Assembly (NCBI RefSeq): GCF_001447785.1
Contig: NW_015165855.1
Span: 492,338-556,337, forward strand
From: Gekko japonicus
Lineage: Eukaryota
Reading direction: 5' to 3'
DNA: 64,000 nucleotides
This document shows positions 61,593 through 64,000 of the stretch, one piece after another. The position numbers were made by a program, and so were the translations under genes. Under the pieces are notes generated by a model. The model worked only from the letters and a program-made list of their open reading frames with translations. It made no database searches and was not told the DNA's origin. Position 1 is the first letter of the stretch. Each line of letters begins with the position of its first letter.

Positions 61593-63227
61593 AGAATTGC
61601 TTTTATATCTTCCTGAAGTTTATATGTAGAGAAGAACAATCTGTTTTCAGGTGGGGAAGAAGAAAAGTTTTCTGGCTTTGTGGATAGTATATATCTACAT
61701 TTTTGTATGTGTTTATTTTGCTACAACAGTAGGAACACCATTCCAAACAGCCTCATGCAAACAGCACAAACATGAAACAATATTTGGGGAAAGTGGCCCT
61801 GCAACTTGTAAACTCAGTTTTCTGTGATTATCATGGAATATTTTGAGACCTGTTACTATTCACAAGAAATAGTAAGGATGTCAACTCTGTTTATGCCCTC
61901 TCAGATTCCATATTCTATTCTGCTATATTTATTCATGATGTCATGAACCACAACAAAACATATGCAAAGAATGAACACCATACTGCAGTTACAAAGGTTA
62001 CAGTGTCATCATTAAGTGGAGAACACCCAAAGAGCATCAAGTTAAGTCAAGCACTTTCCCCTTCTGTAAATAAATAAATAAAAAAAAATAGATTAACACA
62101 GATCTTCTTGATTTTTACTACCCAGTCCTATATATTTGAGGCTAAATTCTGCTTCCAGTGTCTAGGAAAAGCAGCCCTCACCACCAGAATTAAATAGAGG
62201 GAAATTACCTGGATCCGCCTTGGAAATCCTGCCACATGCTTCAATAAACTTATTTCTGGCCTAGAGGGATCTCAAATTCATATCCTACCTCCAGTTTTTC
62301 CACGGATCTTAGTCCAAAACTCAATAGGGTGAGAAGATTGCTGCCAAACGTGGATAAGATTGACCATCAGAAATTTACAAAAGCAACAATGGGCAGTGCA
62401 ACGTCTATACATCATAGCTAATTTCTGGCATCAAATAAAACTGATGAACTACTTTAAAGCAGGTTTTCTTAAAGCTCCGAAGAGACCATAAAAGTGGATC
62501 AATGAGTTAAAACAAAGCTCCATGTCTCATCGGGTATCACAGAACCGGTATCATCCATTTAGCTAAAAATGTATAAAAAATTAGTTGCTGAAGAATAACT
62601 GAACAGGACAGTATATGTTTTTGACAAAACATGTGTTGCTTTAGATTGACATGACATTTCAAAACCTGACAGCCTCTGAAGACATGAACTTTTCAGTACT
62701 TTGCTGGCAAAAGCTTTTCAGTGTATTTATTTATCACATTTATAACCTGTCCTCCCCGCAATACAGTTAAAACCAAATAAAACCATATAAAACAATTCCA
62801 TTATTGATAAAGTTTTATAAAGTGCTGAAGATAGTTACTCAAGATGGCTTATTTCAGTGTCGTCTCTAAAAACCCTTCTGCATATATTCAGAGTTACATT
62901 CATATATCAAACATCTCTCAAAAGGTGAGATCATTGCTTCTGAACTACTTTATACAAAACATTTCTATTGGCCCAAATTAAACTGAAATAAAGGTACTGT
63001 CTTCTTTTGTCACTAAAACACAGGGCCAGGTTTACGTAAGGGCGTGAATGCTAAATAGCACGCTACTACTGCTTGAAATGCTGCAAATATGATAAAGCCC
63101 TTTTCAATCAACCCCCCAATATTCACTGGTTTCCCGTTTGATAGCAACAAAAGTCAAACAAATAAAGCAGTTGCATCAGCCCCATAAATAAAATAATGTG
63201 TTGTGAAAGGAAAATAATAATTTATAC

Positions 63228-64000
63228 CTTGTCCGTGCTCTCCATCTCAGAATTTAAACTTTTTTCTCCATTATTAAGGATAGGCACACCAGATGTGTTG
63301 TTGCACAGAATATTGTCTGCAATCTGAATATTGGGAGTCAGGAAAGTGAACTCATTCTTCCTGGATTCTGATGACAGGCACAGCTGGTAGGAATAAGGCA
63401 AAGTCCCATCTTCAAAGTTTGGTGGGAAGATGGCTCCAGCCTTTGAATGGGGAACAGGAGCAAAGCACTGCAGGAATTTGGGATTCCCTGATCTTCGAAG
63501 CTTCATCAGAATGGCCAGGATCACTGTCAAGAGGAACAAGAATGACATCACAGCCAAGGCCAGCACCAGGTAGAACTGCAGGTCGGACTGATAGTCAGGG
63601 CTGCTAGATTGATTTTTCATTTCTGGAAGGGCCTCCTGAAAGTTCTCGGCAAACACCAAGTTTAATGTCACGGTGGCTGAGAGAGACGGCTGGCCATTAT
63701 CCTTCACCAAGATGACCAGTTTCTGTTTCGCAGCATCTTTCTCCACAAAGGCCCTTGCGGTCCTGATTTCACCAGTGTGAGAACCAACAGTGAAGAATCC
63801 TGGCTCAGTGGCTTGAATGACATGGTAGGAAAGCCAGGCGTTGTGTCCAGAATCAGCATCCACGGCCACCACCTTTGTGACCAGATATCCTGCCTCAGCA
63901 GAACGAGGTACCATCTCAAACAAGGCTGAGCCCTTGGCTTCTTGTGAAGGGGACAGGATCCGTGGACTGTTGTCATTCCGATCCGTGATGAACACCCTCA
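63228..64000 (-). CDS. PCDHGB: Protocadherin gamma-B-like variable exon (unit 10), 3' part (EC6-TM-VCD), continues beyond the window
   Basis: Nearly identical to EC6-TM of units 1 and 4. Donor AAG|GTATAA at 63228/63227. Confidence 0.88.

Noticed and set aside
1-64000. CRISPR arrays, prokaryotic systems, and Pcdh constant or C-type exons
   Set aside because: No repeat-spacer arrays in this vertebrate DNA, and no QAPPNTDW-type constant exon sequence was seen in the ORF track

Overview
Vertebrate genomic DNA, most likely a squamate reptile and probably a gecko, judged from the SINE/MITE complement. The window covers part of the variable region of the clustered protocadherin-gamma (Pcdhg) locus, all on the minus strand. 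There are 12 variable-exon units. Six are complete and intact, each about 2.4 kb (signal peptide, EC1-EC6, TM, variable cytoplasmic domain, phase-0 GT donor). One more looks intact but is cut by the window edge. Five are damaged: a TE-fused chimeric pseudogene, a promoter-bearing 5' stub, a decayed relic, a 38-bp-duplication frameshift and a 218-bp EC6-deletion frameshift. Gamma-A-like and gamma-B-like exons are interspersed, as in mammals. Nine promoters carry the CGCT-box CSE/CTCF element about 200-280 bp upstream of the ATG, and two of them read CACT. No constant exons are in the window. The spacers hold Sauria-type, Squam3-like and 5S-derived SINEs, hAT and Harbinger-like MITEs, CR1/RTE/L1 fragments and Penelope-type termini with decayed hammerhead motifs. 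The most unusual items are a palindromic MITE carrying a back-to-back pair of CTCF motifs inside the array (48.1-48.5 kb), a collapsed three-gene block (13.7-17.9 kb) with a possible AGGT-duplication neo-intron, and patchwork gene conversion. Pcdhg itself is a well-known system, and I found nothing I can firmly call a new biological system. All coordinates and alignments were worked out by eye.
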